A DNA stretch of 64,000 nucleotides, from positions 38,029-102,028 of the forward strand of contig CALRDN010000002.1 in NCBI GenBank assembly GCA_943354965.1, read 5' to 3'. Below, one piece after another: positions 52,947 through 62,721 of this stretch; the stretch's first letter is position 1; every line of letters begins with the position of its first letter. Both the position numbers and the translations under genes were made by a program. The DNA comes from Candidatus Peribacteria bacterium (GTDB taxonomy: Bacteria > Patescibacteriota > Gracilibacteria > UBA1369 > UBA12463). The notes beneath the pieces are model-generated. The model was not told the origin of the DNA. It did not search any database and worked only from the letters and a program-made list of their open reading frames with translations.

Positions 52947-54281
52947 TTACGCGTCCGTCCAATCTTGTCGTGCCAGGAGGCTCTGTGCCTGCGAAGGATC
53001 CTTCATCAGTGCCTTCACTACCCTCTCTAACCGTACCTTATTTTGTGACCCTTTTACAAGAACGATATCCCCATTTTGTAGCTTTGGCTTGAGATATTCC
53101 GCCGCCGCCATAGCGTCATTGAAGGAGAGTATTTTCATAGACTGCGCGTGACGTTTTTCTATCTCAAGGGCGCATAATTTTGCCATGTCCCCTACCGTCA
53201 CAAGAACATCGATCTTCCCGCTCAAAAAAGATGCCATATTTCTATGTTCTCTTTCAGAAATTTCTCCGAGCTCATTCATATTGCCAAACACAAAAATTCT
53301 GCGCGCGCAGAATTTTTGGGATCCCGTTTCCGTTTTTGCCTTTATCTCTTCCGTCAACTCGCACAGTGTATTCACGGCCGCCCGCACCGCGTCAGGTGAA
53401 GCATTATACGAGCTATCAATAATGAGAGATCCGTTCACGCCATCGATGGCAGATAATCTTCCAGGAGGCAGCGTAAACGTTGCCAAGCGCTTGGCGATAT
53501 CCCGCATGTACATGCCGAGAAAGAGACCACATCCGATAGCTGGCAATAGAGACGAAATATGCTGCTTCCCCAAAATCGGAGCTCGTATCTGCTCAATCAC
53601 CTCTCCATATTTTGCCTCAAAAACCAGACCATCGCGGCCACTTTGTATATCATCAGCCCGCAATTTCGCCGCCTCTCCCGTTCCATACATAATTACCTTC
53701 GGGCTCATTTTATTTTTATTCATCTCCAAACCCAGTCCCCTGCACTGCTCATCATCATAATTGAGCAACATCGCCCCATCACTCTTGACCGCTTTTGCCA
53801 GTTTTGCCTTCTCCTGGAAAATCGCATCCATATCAGCAAACTGACCATCCGCCATATGCACCGGATGCACTCCCGTAAACACGCCAATATCCAAATTTCC
53901 AATAACGCCAACGAGCTGATCCATATCCCCCGGCTTGTCCACGCCCATTTCCAGAATGAGAATATCGTAATCTACACGTGCAAATATTCCCATCCACACA
54001 GCCAAAATCAGATTTTTCGCCCACCCAATCACCGAAGAAAACTCACTCGTGAGCTCGAGAATAGTGAGCGGCAAGCCAAATTCCGTATTATAACTTTTTA
54101 CACTGCTTAGTACTCGGAACTGTCCGCGTAATACATGCGCAATCGCTTCTTTGCAGGTCGTCTTCCCGATAGATCCGGTCACGCCGATCACTTTTACGCC
54201 ATTTCGTCTCATCCGAGCAAGCCGCGCACGTGCACATGCCGTCAAAACCCCCAAAACAAAAGATCGAAATAGTGCTTTCAT
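52947..54281 (-). CDS. murF: UDP-N-acetylmuramoyl-tripeptide--D-alanyl-D-alanine ligase
   Basis: VIGVTGSIGKTTCKE P-loop, Mur ligase middle and C-terminal domains (DSSYNASPDA). Confidence 0.9.
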   Translation of the reverse strand: MKALFRSFVLGVLTACARARLARMRRNGVKVIGVTGSIGKTTCKEAIAHVLRGQFRVLSSVKSYNTEFGLPLTILELTSEFSSVIGWAKNLILAVWMGIFARVDYDILILEMGVDKPGDMDQLVGVIGNLDIGVFTGVHPVHMADGQFADMDAIFQEKAKLAKAVKSDGAMLLNYDDEQCRGLGLEMNKNKMSPKVIMYGTGEAAKLRADDIQSGRDGLVFEAKYGEVIEQIRAPILGKQHISSLLPAIGCGLFLGMYMRDIAKRLATFTLPPGRLSAIDGVNGSLIIDSSYNASPDAVRAAVNTLCELTEEIKAKTETGSQKFCARRIFVFGNMNELGEISEREHRNMASFLSGKIDVLVTVGDMAKLCALEIEKRHAQSMKILSFNDAMAAAEYLKPKLQNGDIVLVKGSQNKVRLERVVKALMKDPSQAQSLLARQDWTDA

Positions 54282-54300
54282 AGTGCCAAAATAGTAACAG

Positions 54301-54335
54301 AAAAAGGCCCGGAAGAATACTTATTTCTCCGGACC
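54301..54335 (-). terminator. intrinsic terminator after rplT
   Basis: The minus-strand RNA reads GGUCCGGAG-aaauaaguauuc-UUCCGGGCC followed by UUUUU. The two G:U pairs make the stem complete only on the minus strand. Confidence 0.65.
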
Positions 54336-54361
54336 CTTTTATATGATGATGCTAATGCTTA

Positions 54362-54766
54362 TTACTTCGTTGCTGCAACTTTCTTCGCTTTAGGAGCCTT
54401 GAATACCGGTCCAGTGACCCCAGTCTTGGCTACCTCAACGATTTTGGCGAATACCTCAGGCTCAGTTCGAGCAATCTCGGCCATAACCTTACGGTCGATC
54501 AAGATAGCTTTTTTGGTAAGACCCTCGATAAGACGGCTGTATGAGATTCCGAGAGCTCGGCAAGCGCCGTTCAAACGGGTAATCCAGAGAGCTCGCATAA
54601 GTCTCTTCTTGATCTTTCGATCTACGTAAGAATGTTCGCCGGCCTTCATCCAAGCAGTCTTGGCTTGTTTAAAGGTACGACTTCGAAGTCCTCGGTAGCC
54701 TTTTGTGGCCTTGAGAAGTTTCTTGTGACGGGCTTTGGTGGTGACACCTCGTTTGACGCGTGGCAT
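54362..54766 (-). CDS. rplT: 50S ribosomal protein L20
   Basis: MPRVKRGVTTKARHKKLLKATKGYRG. Confidence 0.97.
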   Translation of the reverse strand: MPRVKRGVTTKARHKKLLKATKGYRGLRSRTFKQAKTAWMKAGEHSYVDRKIKKRLMRALWITRLNGACRALGISYSRLIEGLTKKAILIDRKVMAEIARTEPEVFAKIVEVAKTGVTGPVFKAPKAKKVAATK

Positions 54767-54788
54767 ATAGAAAGATTAGGGGAATATA

Positions 54789-54986
54789 TTAATTCATACG
54801 TAACATACCTTTGATTCGGTGAATCTCTCCAGTGTGCTCCTGGATGACACCCTTTCGGAAGCTTCGCTTCTGTCTCTTGGTCTTATTAACCAATAAGTGA
54901 CGGTGAGCGGCCTTAGCAAATTTGATTTTGCCTGTAGCAGTAAGCTTGAATCGCTTTTTAGCTCCGCTGTGTGTTTTTGACTTCAT
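54789..54986 (-). CDS. rpmI: 50S ribosomal protein L35
   Basis: MKSKTHSGAKKRFKLTATGKI. Confidence 0.95.
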   Translation of the reverse strand: MKSKTHSGAKKRFKLTATGKIKFAKAAHRHLLVNKTKRQKRSFRKGVIQEHTGEIHRIKGMLRMN

Positions 54987-54997
54987 AAAAAAGAGAA

Positions 54998-55579
54998 TTA
55001 CGGTGTTATATTGTCCGCATCAGCTTTACCGGTCGTCCCGGAAGTGATGGGACTCGATTGTGCCACAGAAGTGGCTGCGGGCGCAAGCATCATTATCAAC
55101 TGATTTCCCTGTCTCTTGGCACTATCCTCAATTTTTGCGACATCTTCGAGCATTTTATAAAGCTCATTCAGCTTCTCATGCCCCAAATGGAGATGAGCCG
55201 CCTCACGGCCACGGAACATAAGGGTAACTTTCACTAAATTGCGTGCCAGGAGGAACTTTTTGGCCTGTTTGGCCCTCACCTCAAGGTCATGAGTATCAGT
55301 TCGGAGGGATATTCTGATGCCTTTTACCTCAGTTTGCTTCTGTTGAGCCTTGTGCTTACGCTCCATTTTCTGCTGACGGTAGACATATTTGCCATAATCC
55401 ATGATTTTACAGACAGGAGGATTAGCATTAGGTGCTACCTCTACGAGGTCTAATTCCTGCTCTCGAGCCATTTCTTTAGCCCGCTCAATGAGGAAAACGC
55501 CCATTGGCTCCCCTTCTCCATCGATCAGGCGAACGCTCGCCGACCGGATCTGATCATTAATTCGTATGTGTTTACTCAT
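54998..55579 (-). CDS. infC: translation initiation factor IF-3
   Basis: MSKHIRINDQIRSASVRLIDGEGEPMG..LDLVEVAPNANPPVCKIMDYGKY. The listed 307-aa ORF is an upstream read-through, and 193 aa from ATG 55579 aligns with IF-3 N-termini. Confidence 0.9.
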   Translation of the reverse strand: MSKHIRINDQIRSASVRLIDGEGEPMGVFLIERAKEMAREQELDLVEVAPNANPPVCKIMDYGKYVYRQQKMERKHKAQQKQTEVKGIRISLRTDTHDLEVRAKQAKKFLLARNLVKVTLMFRGREAAHLHLGHEKLNELYKMLEDVAKIEDSAKRQGNQLIMMLAPAATSVAQSSPITSGTTGKADADNITP

Positions 55580-55587
55580 GTAGTCGG

Positions 55588-55616
55588 ATTGTATGGCATA
55601 CGGGCACCAAACGCAA
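55588..55616 (-). promoter_or_regulatory. promoter TTGCGT-N17-TACAAT, 8 nt upstream of the infC ATG
   Basis: The reverse complement of 55580..55616 reads TTGCGTttggtgcccgtatgccaTACAATccgactac, then ATG. Confidence 0.5.
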
Positions 55617-55658
55617 GTGAAGGTGCCTGTAGGATTCCGTTTCCATTTTGTATCCCGA

Positions 55659-55687
55659 TTGCCTTCCTGCTCCCGTTTCTTTACAAT
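55659..55687 (+). promoter_or_regulatory. promoter TTGCCT-N17-TACAAT, 9 nt upstream of the ispG ATG
   Basis: TTGCCT 55659-55664, TACAAT 55682-55687, ATG 55697. Confidence 0.5.
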
Positions 55688-55696
55688 ACCCTCACT

Positions 55697-56755
55697 ATGC
55701 ATCCACGAAGACCATCTCGGGTAGTCAATATAGGAAACGTCGCCATAGGAGGCCAGAATCCGGTCGCTATTCAGTCGATGTGCACGACCAAAACGCATGA
55801 TGTGAAGGCAACGGTGAAACAAATTCTCGCCCTCGAAAAAGTTGGCTGTGAAATTATTCGCGTCACGGTGCCATTTCCGAAGGATGCAGAGGCGCTTCCG
55901 GAAATTATAAAAAAAATCCATATACCATTAGTGGCTGATATTCATTTTGATTATCGTATGGCAATCGCCTCTCTCCAAAATGGGGCCGCAAAAATTCGTA
56001 TTAATCCAGGGAATATAGGGAAAAAAGAATGGGTAGAGGAAATCATTACCGTTGCGAAGAAATTAAAAAAACCAATGCGCATAGGCGTAAACGCCGGATC
56101 ACTCGAAAAAGATTTATGGGAAAAATATGGACGTCCCTCCCCTGAGGCTCTTGTCGAATCCGCCATTAGATGGATTCAATTTTTTGAAAAACATAATTAT
56201 CATGATCTCGTAATCGCCCTTAAGAGTAGTAACGTTCCCGAGATGATTGAGTCATATGAGCGTATCGCCGCAAAGTGCGATTATCCGCTGCACTTAGGCG
56301 TTACTGAGGCTGGAACATTTGTAACAGGGGGTATAAAAAGCGCCGTAGGAATTGGTACGCTTCTCTATCAAGGTATCGGGGACACTATAAGAGTATCTCT
56401 GACGGAAGATCCTCTGGAAGAAATAAAAGTGGCCAAAGAAATTCTCAAATCACTCAATCTCTACCAAAAAGAAAGGACAGTTATCGCCTGCCCTACATGC
56501 GGACGTGTGGAAGTTGATCTCATTAAATTAGCGCATGAGGTAGAGAAAAAAACAGCGCATATCAAAAAACCGATCAAGATCGCCGTGATGGGATGTGTTG
56601 TGAATGGCCCCGGGGAATCACGAGAGGCCGACTATGGAGTAGCGGCCGGACGAGGATGTGGAATTATATATAGACATGGAAAGATTATCAAAACCGTTCC
56701 GGAAAAATCCTTGGTAAGAGAATTGCTCGCAATTATTGACGCCGACAATCTATGA
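55697..56755 (+). CDS. ispG: 4-hydroxy-3-methylbut-2-enyl diphosphate synthase
   Basis: VNIGNVAIGGQNPVAIQSM, ACPTCGR and GCVVNGPGE Fe-S cysteines. The start was re-placed to ATG 55697, because the listed 55568 start overlaps infC. Confidence 0.9.
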   Translation: MHPRRPSRVVNIGNVAIGGQNPVAIQSMCTTKTHDVKATVKQILALEKVGCEIIRVTVPFPKDAEALPEIIKKIHIPLVADIHFDYRMAIASLQNGAAKIRINPGNIGKKEWVEEIITVAKKLKKPMRIGVNAGSLEKDLWEKYGRPSPEALVESAIRWIQFFEKHNYHDLVIALKSSNVPEMIESYERIAAKCDYPLHLGVTEAGTFVTGGIKSAVGIGTLLYQGIGDTIRVSLTEDPLEEIKVAKEILKSLNLYQKERTVIACPTCGRVEVDLIKLAHEVEKKTAHIKKPIKIAVMGCVVNGPGESREADYGVAAGRGCGIIYRHGKIIKTVPEKSLVRELLAIIDADNL

Positions 56756-57888
56756 AAAATATAGTTATTCTCGGCGCAACCGGTTCAATCGGAACACAAG
56801 TTCTCGATGTGATCCGTCAAAATCCGGACAAATTCCATATTATAGGAATGGCAGCATCAGGCCACAATACTGAGCTTTTTTCAAAACTCGTGCATGAATT
56901 TGAGCCGGAAAGAATATGCCTCACCGACCCGGAAAAACTTCTTAAACTCAAAATCGAGCGATATCCCATTTCAAAAAAATTTCCAGAACTTCTCCCCGGG
57001 GATGAGGGTATCACCGAGATGATTCGCGATCCAAATGTAGAAATGGTAGTGAACGCGATTAGTGGTATGGAGGGAATTATGCATACCATTACGGCCATAC
57101 AGCAGAAGAAAACGGTACTCATCGCCAATAAGGAAAGTCTCGTAAGCGCCGGCTCGCTCATACTGGAGCTCGCCATCAAGCATCAAACTCTTATCGTTCC
57201 AATCGATTCAGAAATCACCGGAATTATTCAGTGTCTCGAGGGGAGAAGTGAGCAAAATATAGAAAAAATAATACTCCCCTGCACCGGTGGACCATTTTAT
57301 GGAATGTCAAAAAAACAGCTAGCCAAGGTCACAAAGGAAGACGCGCTCAATCACCCTATTTGGAAAATGGGAGAAAAAATAAGTATTGATTCCGCGACCC
57401 TAATGAATAAAGGGTTCGAGCTGATGGTGGCTCACGCTTTCTTCAAAATTCCCGTTTCTCAGATAGAAATAGTGATACATCCCGAATCAATTATCCACGG
57501 AATGATTCAGTGGAAGGATGGAAATATTACGGCGACTATGTCCCCTCCTGATATGCGTTTTGCTATTCAGTATGCGCTTTTCTTCCCTGAGCGAGAGGAG
57601 ACGAAATTTCCCCGTTTAGACTTCGGAAAAATGTCGAAACTTACCTTCCAGAAACCGGATGAGTCAGTGCACGAATCGCTAACGCTCGCCCGCGGTGCCG
57701 CACAAATTCAAGGGAACATGCCGGCAATTCTCAACCATGCCAACGACGAGGCGGTAGGAAGATTTCTTAAAAATGAAATTTCATTCATAGAGATAGGGCC
57801 ATGTATTCGCGAGCATATCTCAAAACATGACTTCTCGGACGAGCCGAATATGGAAGAACTTATTGAGTTACAGCGATGTCATTTATGA
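56752..57888 (+). CDS. dxr: 1-deoxy-D-xylulose 5-phosphate reductoisomerase
   Basis: ILGATGSIGTQ, LANKESLV and NHPIWKMG. ATGA overlap with ispG. Confidence 0.95.
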   Translation: MKNIVILGATGSIGTQVLDVIRQNPDKFHIIGMAASGHNTELFSKLVHEFEPERICLTDPEKLLKLKIERYPISKKFPELLPGDEGITEMIRDPNVEMVVNAISGMEGIMHTITAIQQKKTVLIANKESLVSAGSLILELAIKHQTLIVPIDSEITGIIQCLEGRSEQNIEKIILPCTGGPFYGMSKKQLAKVTKEDALNHPIWKMGEKISIDSATLMNKGFELMVAHAFFKIPVSQIEIVIHPESIIHGMIQWKDGNITATMSPPDMRFAIQYALFFPEREETKFPRLDFGKMSKLTFQKPDESVHESLTLARGAAQIQGNMPAILNHANDEAVGRFLKNEISFIEIGPCIREHISKHDFSDEPNMEELIELQRCHL

Positions 57889-59033
57889 AAAATATTGCCA
57901 TTATTCTTGCAGCCGGAAAAAGTCTGCGGATGCAGGGGGTAGATAAGATAGAGACTATCGTTAATGATAAGCCATTAATTACCTATACCGTCGCGCCATT
58001 TTTAGAATCAAAATTAGTCGATGAAATTATTATCGCATGTAATAATGAAAATATTTCAGCACTAAAGGAAATATTTCCATCCAAGAAGTATAAAAATATT
58101 CATTTTACTATTGGTGGAGAAACGCGCTTCCAGTCAGCGAAAAATGCATTTACATATGCAAATAAAAAATTCAGTCTTTCCGGGAAATCCACTATTATAT
58201 TTCACAATTGCGGAAACGTACTCGCTACAAAACAAGAAATTAACGACACAATTATCACTGCGAAAAAATATGGCGCATGTATTGCTGCACGTCCCGCCTC
58301 TGACACACTCAAAAAAATATCATCCAAAAATCAGATCACTGAAACGATTGACCGCAAGGAGATTCTCTATGCGGAAACACCACAGACATTTCGTCTGGAT
58401 GTTCTCAAAAAAGCCTACGTGCAGCCGATTGAGACGACAGACGAGTCCTCTCTCGTGGAGCAATCCGGCCACGAGGTACACTGGATTCCAGCATCTACAT
58501 TCAACAGAAAAATTACAACGCAGCATGATATTGCTGTTACGAAGATGATACTTGAAAAAGAAAGTATAAATAAAAAGACATACTACGCTCTCGGAACCGA
58601 TATTCATTTTTTTGAAAAGAATACGAAAAAGAATCTCACACTTTGCGGGGTAATATGTAAAAAATTTCCAAAACTAGAGGCGAACTCTGACGGAGATGTT
58701 GCGATACACGCGCTTGCTACGGCCATTTCTCAGGGCATAGGTCAGGGGTCACTCGGAACATTCGCTACGGCACTTTGTAAAAAAGGAGTGAAAGACAGTA
58801 AAAAATATCTGAAATATATTCTCGAAAAAGCTCATGATAAAAACAAAAATATCATGCATGTGGGAATTCACTTCGAATGTAATATTCCAAAAATTGATCC
58901 ACTTGTTCCACGGATGAGAAAATCGTTATCGACAATTATGGGCATAGAAGAGGCTCAGATGAGCATCACGGCAACCACGCAGCCGTTGATAAGGGGTGGC
59001 ATTCGTTGTACGGCAATCGTGACAATGTATTAG
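57876..59033 (+). CDS. ispDF: bifunctional IspD/IspF (MEP cytidylyltransferase / MEcPP synthase)
   Basis: The N-terminal part has IILAAGKSLRM. The C-terminal part has GTDIHFF...NSDGDVAIHAL. Confidence 0.9.
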   Translation: MSFMKNIAIILAAGKSLRMQGVDKIETIVNDKPLITYTVAPFLESKLVDEIIIACNNENISALKEIFPSKKYKNIHFTIGGETRFQSAKNAFTYANKKFSLSGKSTIIFHNCGNVLATKQEINDTIITAKKYGACIAARPASDTLKKISSKNQITETIDRKEILYAETPQTFRLDVLKKAYVQPIETTDESSLVEQSGHEVHWIPASTFNRKITTQHDIAVTKMILEKESINKKTYYALGTDIHFFEKNTKKNLTLCGVICKKFPKLEANSDGDVAIHALATAISQGIGQGSLGTFATALCKKGVKDSKKYLKYILEKAHDKNKNIMHVGIHFECNIPKIDPLVPRMRKSLSTIMGIEEAQMSITATTQPLIRGGIRCTAIVTMY

Positions 59034-59855
59034 CGATAATTTCGGAAGCGATCTCTATGTGCGGATGCCTGGTTGTCTCGGTACTGTGCATCCCATCGCT
59101 GAAGAGTGTCTTCCACCGCATCAGCATGACGGATTGTAGTGTTGGGCTGAGGAGTAGGGGTGGGGCTGGACTTGGGAATAACAGCGTTTTCCACCGCTTT
59201 GCGAATGGCCTTACATCTTCTATAGATAGGTGGAATAGTCTGTATGATGAGCGATGTAAGAGTAGTGATTAACGCTTCATCGGTGGTGCATAGATGGTCA
59301 TCATGCTCGAGCGGTATTGCATGGCGGTGAGCACCAACGTAGAGATTCCCGACCGTAACATCTGTTTCGACGGGAACAATAATAAAATCAAAATCAATTT
59401 CCGATGCGGCGTTTACTTTGAATGTTTCAAGTGCCGTAAGCCACATCTGAGGGATATTGATATTTTTGCGTATACCTAGAATAAATACGGCATCATTGGA
59501 TCGCAGGGAGTCAATAATACTCGATCGCATATTGCCCGCAAATGGCGGCGTGACTACGCCTTTTGAATAAAAGAGAGCAAGGTGTCGCGACGGGAAATAA
59601 ACGGAGCCATCGGGGCATTCTTCTTCGGGATCGAGTAACGCATCAGGTGGTAGTGTAATGATATCCTGTTAGTGTAATGATATCCTGTTGGGGATAAAAT
59701 ACGGTAATATCTCGGATGGCGGTCATGGACATAGGCGGACGTGGAAGAGAAGGTTTTTCACGAAGCTGATTCACGCGATCGTGGTAGCTGGTTCGTGTTG
59801 CGGCGATACGAGCAAGATCCAGTATGGGGGTGTTATTTGGGCCATTTAGAGACAT
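59030..59855 (-). pseudogene. hypothetical gene split by a 19-bp tandem duplication (listed ORFs 59030..59530 and 59643..60038)
   Basis: Deleting one copy of the 19-bp repeat joins ..FYPQQDIITL to PPDALLDPEEECPDGSVYFPSRHLALFYSKGVVTPPFAGN-MRSSIIDSL.. with no stop across the 120-nt gap. That gives a continuous 268-codon ORF from ATG 59855. Confidence 0.6.
59651..59688. repeat. perfect tandem duplication of the 19-bp unit tagtgtaatgatatcctgt
   Basis: Copy 1 is 59651-59669 and copy 2 is 59670-59688. They are identical, and the unit length is not a multiple of 3. Confidence 0.95.
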
Positions 59856-59937
59856 AGGTGTGCATTTTAGATAACAATAGCAGGGCCAACACGGTATAAT
59901 ATAAAATGAGAATAATGTCGAGCGAGTATCGCGTATT

Positions 59938-60708
59938 ATGAATAAAATAAGACTCTCATCTCCGGGGAAGATCAACTTAACGCTCGATATAGGGCGAAAA
60001 ACCGCCGAAGGATACCATAAAATGCAGTCAATACTCATGCCAATTCAGCTTCACGACAGTATTACGTTGGAGAAAAATGATATAAAGAAAGTAATACTTC
60101 ATACGAAGGGTCGCTCCTGCCCTCAAGGCAGGGAAAATATGGCATACAAAGCCGCAGAACTCTTCTGCAAAGCCGCAAATATTCGACCAGCCGTAACAAT
60201 TACGCTCTACAAGCGCATTCCTTTGTCTTCTGGGCTAGGCGGTGGCTCTAGTAACGCAGCGACGGTATTGATTGGCTTGAATGAGCTTTATGATAGTCCC
60301 CTTTCCATGAAAAAGCTTTTGGAATTAGCCAAGGAAATTGGCATGGACACGCCATTTTTCCTGAATCCGACACTCGCACTGGCTACCCATTTTGGAGAAA
60401 AAATAGCTCCAATTGTAAGAAAAAATAGCACTCTACCAAAGGTGTTGCTACTTCCCTCAAAAGCAAAGAAAAAATCAACAGGGTTGGCCTATGAAAGTTT
60501 GGATTTATCGCTCTGCGGAAAGAAAAAAGAGAACACGCAAAAGCTCCTGAATTTTCTAAAAAAATCGCCTAAATCTTGGGATGGTAGTTGGAACGTCCTT
60601 CTCCATAATGATTTTGAACAGCTATATACCATACCGTCAACCAACCAAAAAACAAAAAAAACGTACCTAACCGGAGCGGGACCGATGAGATTTAGGATTT
60701 GCGAGTAA
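59938..60708 (+). CDS. ispE: 4-diphosphocytidyl-2-C-methyl-D-erythritol kinase
   Basis: [11 protein letters not shown] and [14 protein letters not shown] (GHMP kinase motif). Confidence 0.9.
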   Translation: MNKIRLSSPGKINLTLDIGRKTAEGYHKMQSILMPIQLHDSITLEKNDIKKVILHTKGRSCPQGRENMAYKAAELFCKAANIRPAVTITLYKRIPLSSGLGGGSSNAATVLIGLNELYDSPLSMKKLLELAKEIGMDTPFFLNPTLALATHFGEKIAPIVRKNSTLPKVLLLPSKAKKKSTGLAYESLDLSLCGKKKENTQKLLNFLKKSPKSWDGSWNVLLHNDFEQLYTIPSTNQKTKKTYLTGAGPMRFRICE

Positions 60709-61228
60709 GGTTGAATCCAATTTTTCTTCTGGATGATTTTTCTTTCCCAATATCTAGAAGTTGCTTGATAGCCTGAAACACGATAGAAAAATTCTGATCA
60801 TATTTTTTCTCAAGCATTTCGATTTTTTCACGGAGTTCTTTATGTGTCGAAAGCATCTTTCGTAGACGGGTAAACATACGCATAATTTGTATATTAACTT
60901 GTATGGCACGGTCACTATTGAGAACGCTTGATAGCATGGCAACTCCCTGCTCGGTAAAAGCAAAAGGGAGATATTTTATATTCTTTCCTGATTCCAAGGT
61001 CACAATTTGTGATCTTGGAATATTGGCTTCTTTAAGGCTAAGTTGAAACATAAAGTCCCTAGGAAATCGATCAATATTTCGTTTAACAGCCTGATTCAAA
61101 ACTCTCGTCTCCACGCCATACAGTTCTGCCAAATCTTTATCCATCATAACTTTTTCTCCACGAATGATATAAATTTTTCGAGCGATATAATCTTCATCAA
61201 TAGTAATAATATTTTTTTGTAATTTCAT
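60692..61228 (-). CDS. ORF6N-domain DNA-binding protein
   Basis: [62 protein letters not shown] is the ORF6N signature. ATG 61228 is preferred. Confidence 0.8.
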   Translation of the reverse strand: MKLQKNIITIDEDYIARKIYIIRGEKVMMDKDLAELYGVETRVLNQAVKRNIDRFPRDFMFQLSLKEANIPRSQIVTLESGKNIKYLPFAFTEQGVAMLSSVLNSDRAIQVNIQIMRMFTRLRKMLSTHKELREKIEMLEKKYDQNFSIVFQAIKQLLDIGKEKSSRRKIGFNLTRKS

Positions 61229-61330
61229 AAAAAATAAAGTGTAAGAAATATAATATCCCATACTTTATCATGCAAATATGACAAAACGATGAAGGATCGA
61301 TAACATCTTCTTGAATTATTTCTGACATAC

Positions 61331-61933
61331 TTACATCCCCATTCTTCCCATCATAGCGCGGGAAATGGTACTTTCATCGGCATATCCGAGCTCTCCTCCT
61401 ACGGGAAGTCCGCGGGCGATGCGCGTCACGTGTACGTCGAGACCCTGTAGCATTTTGGTAATATACATTGCCGTGGTTTCGCCTTCGACACTTGGATTTA
61501 CCGCAAGAATAACCTCTTTTATGCCGCCTTCACGTATTCGTTTTTCTAATTCATAAAGTTTCAAATTTTCCGGACCGATACCGTCTATAGGAGAAAGAAC
61601 CCCATGAAGTACATGATACACGCCATGAAATGCGCCGGATTTTTCTATAGCAACGACGTCTAATACTTGCTCAACGACGCAGACGATATCCTTCACGCGA
61701 GCATCATCACCACATATTCTGCAAATGCTAGAGTCCGATAAATGCCAGCAGATAGAGCAAAACTCAACGCCATCTTTCATATTCAATACAGAATCTCCCA
61801 GATCTTTGATTCGTGAGTGCGGCGAATGTAACAAATGAATCGCTAGTCGCTCAGCGCTTTTCGGCCCAATGCCGGGAAGACGAGAAAATTCATCAATCAA
61901 ATTCTGAATGGATCGTGGTAGAAAAGAGCTCAT
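61331..61933 (-). CDS. recR: recombination protein RecR
   Basis: LPGIGPKSAERLA helix-hairpin-helix, a C4 zinc finger CSICWHLS..CRICGD, and a Toprim domain. Confidence 0.95.
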   Translation of the reverse strand: MSSFLPRSIQNLIDEFSRLPGIGPKSAERLAIHLLHSPHSRIKDLGDSVLNMKDGVEFCSICWHLSDSSICRICGDDARVKDIVCVVEQVLDVVAIEKSGAFHGVYHVLHGVLSPIDGIGPENLKLYELEKRIREGGIKEVILAVNPSVEGETTAMYITKMLQGLDVHVTRIARGLPVGGELGYADESTISRAMMGRMGM

Positions 61934-61955
61934 ATCAAAAAAAGTATATCACGCG

Positions 61956-62510
61956 CTACCGAGCTATCAACCTCAAAAACTCCGAGCGAGTCGTGTCATT
62001 TTTTTTGAATGAACCCTGGAGTGAAGATGTGACTACGACGCTATTTTGCTTTTCTACGCCACGCGACATGACGCACAGATGTTGAGCCTCGATTACTACT
62101 CCAACTCCCTTTGCGCCAACGAGTTTCATGAGAGCCTGGGCAATTTGTGAGGTAAGACGTTCCTGATTTTGCAGTCTGCGAGAGAAGATTTCGACAAGTC
62201 GAGGTAATTTAGAGAGGCCAATTAATTTACCATCAGGGATATATCCAATGTGTGCTTTTCCAAAAAAAGCCAACATGTGGTGTTCACACATAGAATAAAA
62301 TTCGATGTTTTTCGATACAATCATCTCGTCATACGCCTCACCGTCAAACACGGTCAGGACATCTTCGGGTTTCTTATCATAGCCGGAAAAAAGCGTCTTA
62401 TACGCCTCGGCTACTCGCCTCGGCGTCTCCCTCAATCCCTCACGTCCACCATCCTCCCCCATTGCGCTCAGGAGTTCTCCAGTCAGCCGTTCTATAGTTT
62501 TTGTATCCAT
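61956..62510 (-). CDS. folE: GTP cyclohydrolase I
   Basis: [18 protein letters not shown] and [16 protein letters not shown] box at 62520-62525 lies 9 nt upstream of the ATG. Confidence 0.95.
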   Translation of the reverse strand: MDTKTIERLTGELLSAMGEDGGREGLRETPRRVAEAYKTLFSGYDKKPEDVLTVFDGEAYDEMIVSKNIEFYSMCEHHMLAFFGKAHIGYIPDGKLIGLSKLPRLVEIFSRRLQNQERLTSQIAQALMKLVGAKGVGVVIEAQHLCVMSRGVEKQNSVVVTSSLQGSFKKNDTTRSEFLRLIAR

Positions 62511-62576
62511 TGGAACAGTATTCTACGAGACTCCCAGCTTCAGGGCAAGGAGAACATGTCCCAGAGACCACCTAGA

Positions 62577-62605
62577 TTGACTTATAAAGCTAAAAATGAT
62601 ATAAT
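62577..62605 (+). promoter_or_regulatory. sigma70 promoter TTGACT-N17-(TGa)TATAAT driving the rightmost gene
   Basis: TTGACT 62577-62582, extended -10 TGaTATAAT 62597-62605. Confidence 0.55.
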
Positions 62606-62721
62606 AGAAAGAAATAAAAATATCAAAAAACGCCAATATGTTTATCAAACGATCATTTCATAATTTCCAAGGAGCATACTCATGCTTTGTATCGAGCAGG
62701 ATGGTTTACGAAGAAGGTGCA

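Noticed and set aside
55568-55696. N-terminal 43-aa extension of ispG and the 114-aa upstream extension of infC in the ORF track
   Set aside because: The two extensions overlap each other on opposite strands and show no homology to IspG or IF-3 N-termini. Good promoters lie just upstream of the internal ATGs.
59030-61261. The region ispDF-ispE-ORF6N as a mobile or defence island
   Set aside because: It contains only one unknown (frameshifted) gene and one ORF6N DNA-binding gene. It has no recombinase, no flanking direct repeats or tRNA, and ispE sits between them. The evidence is insufficient beyond the single-gene observations reported.
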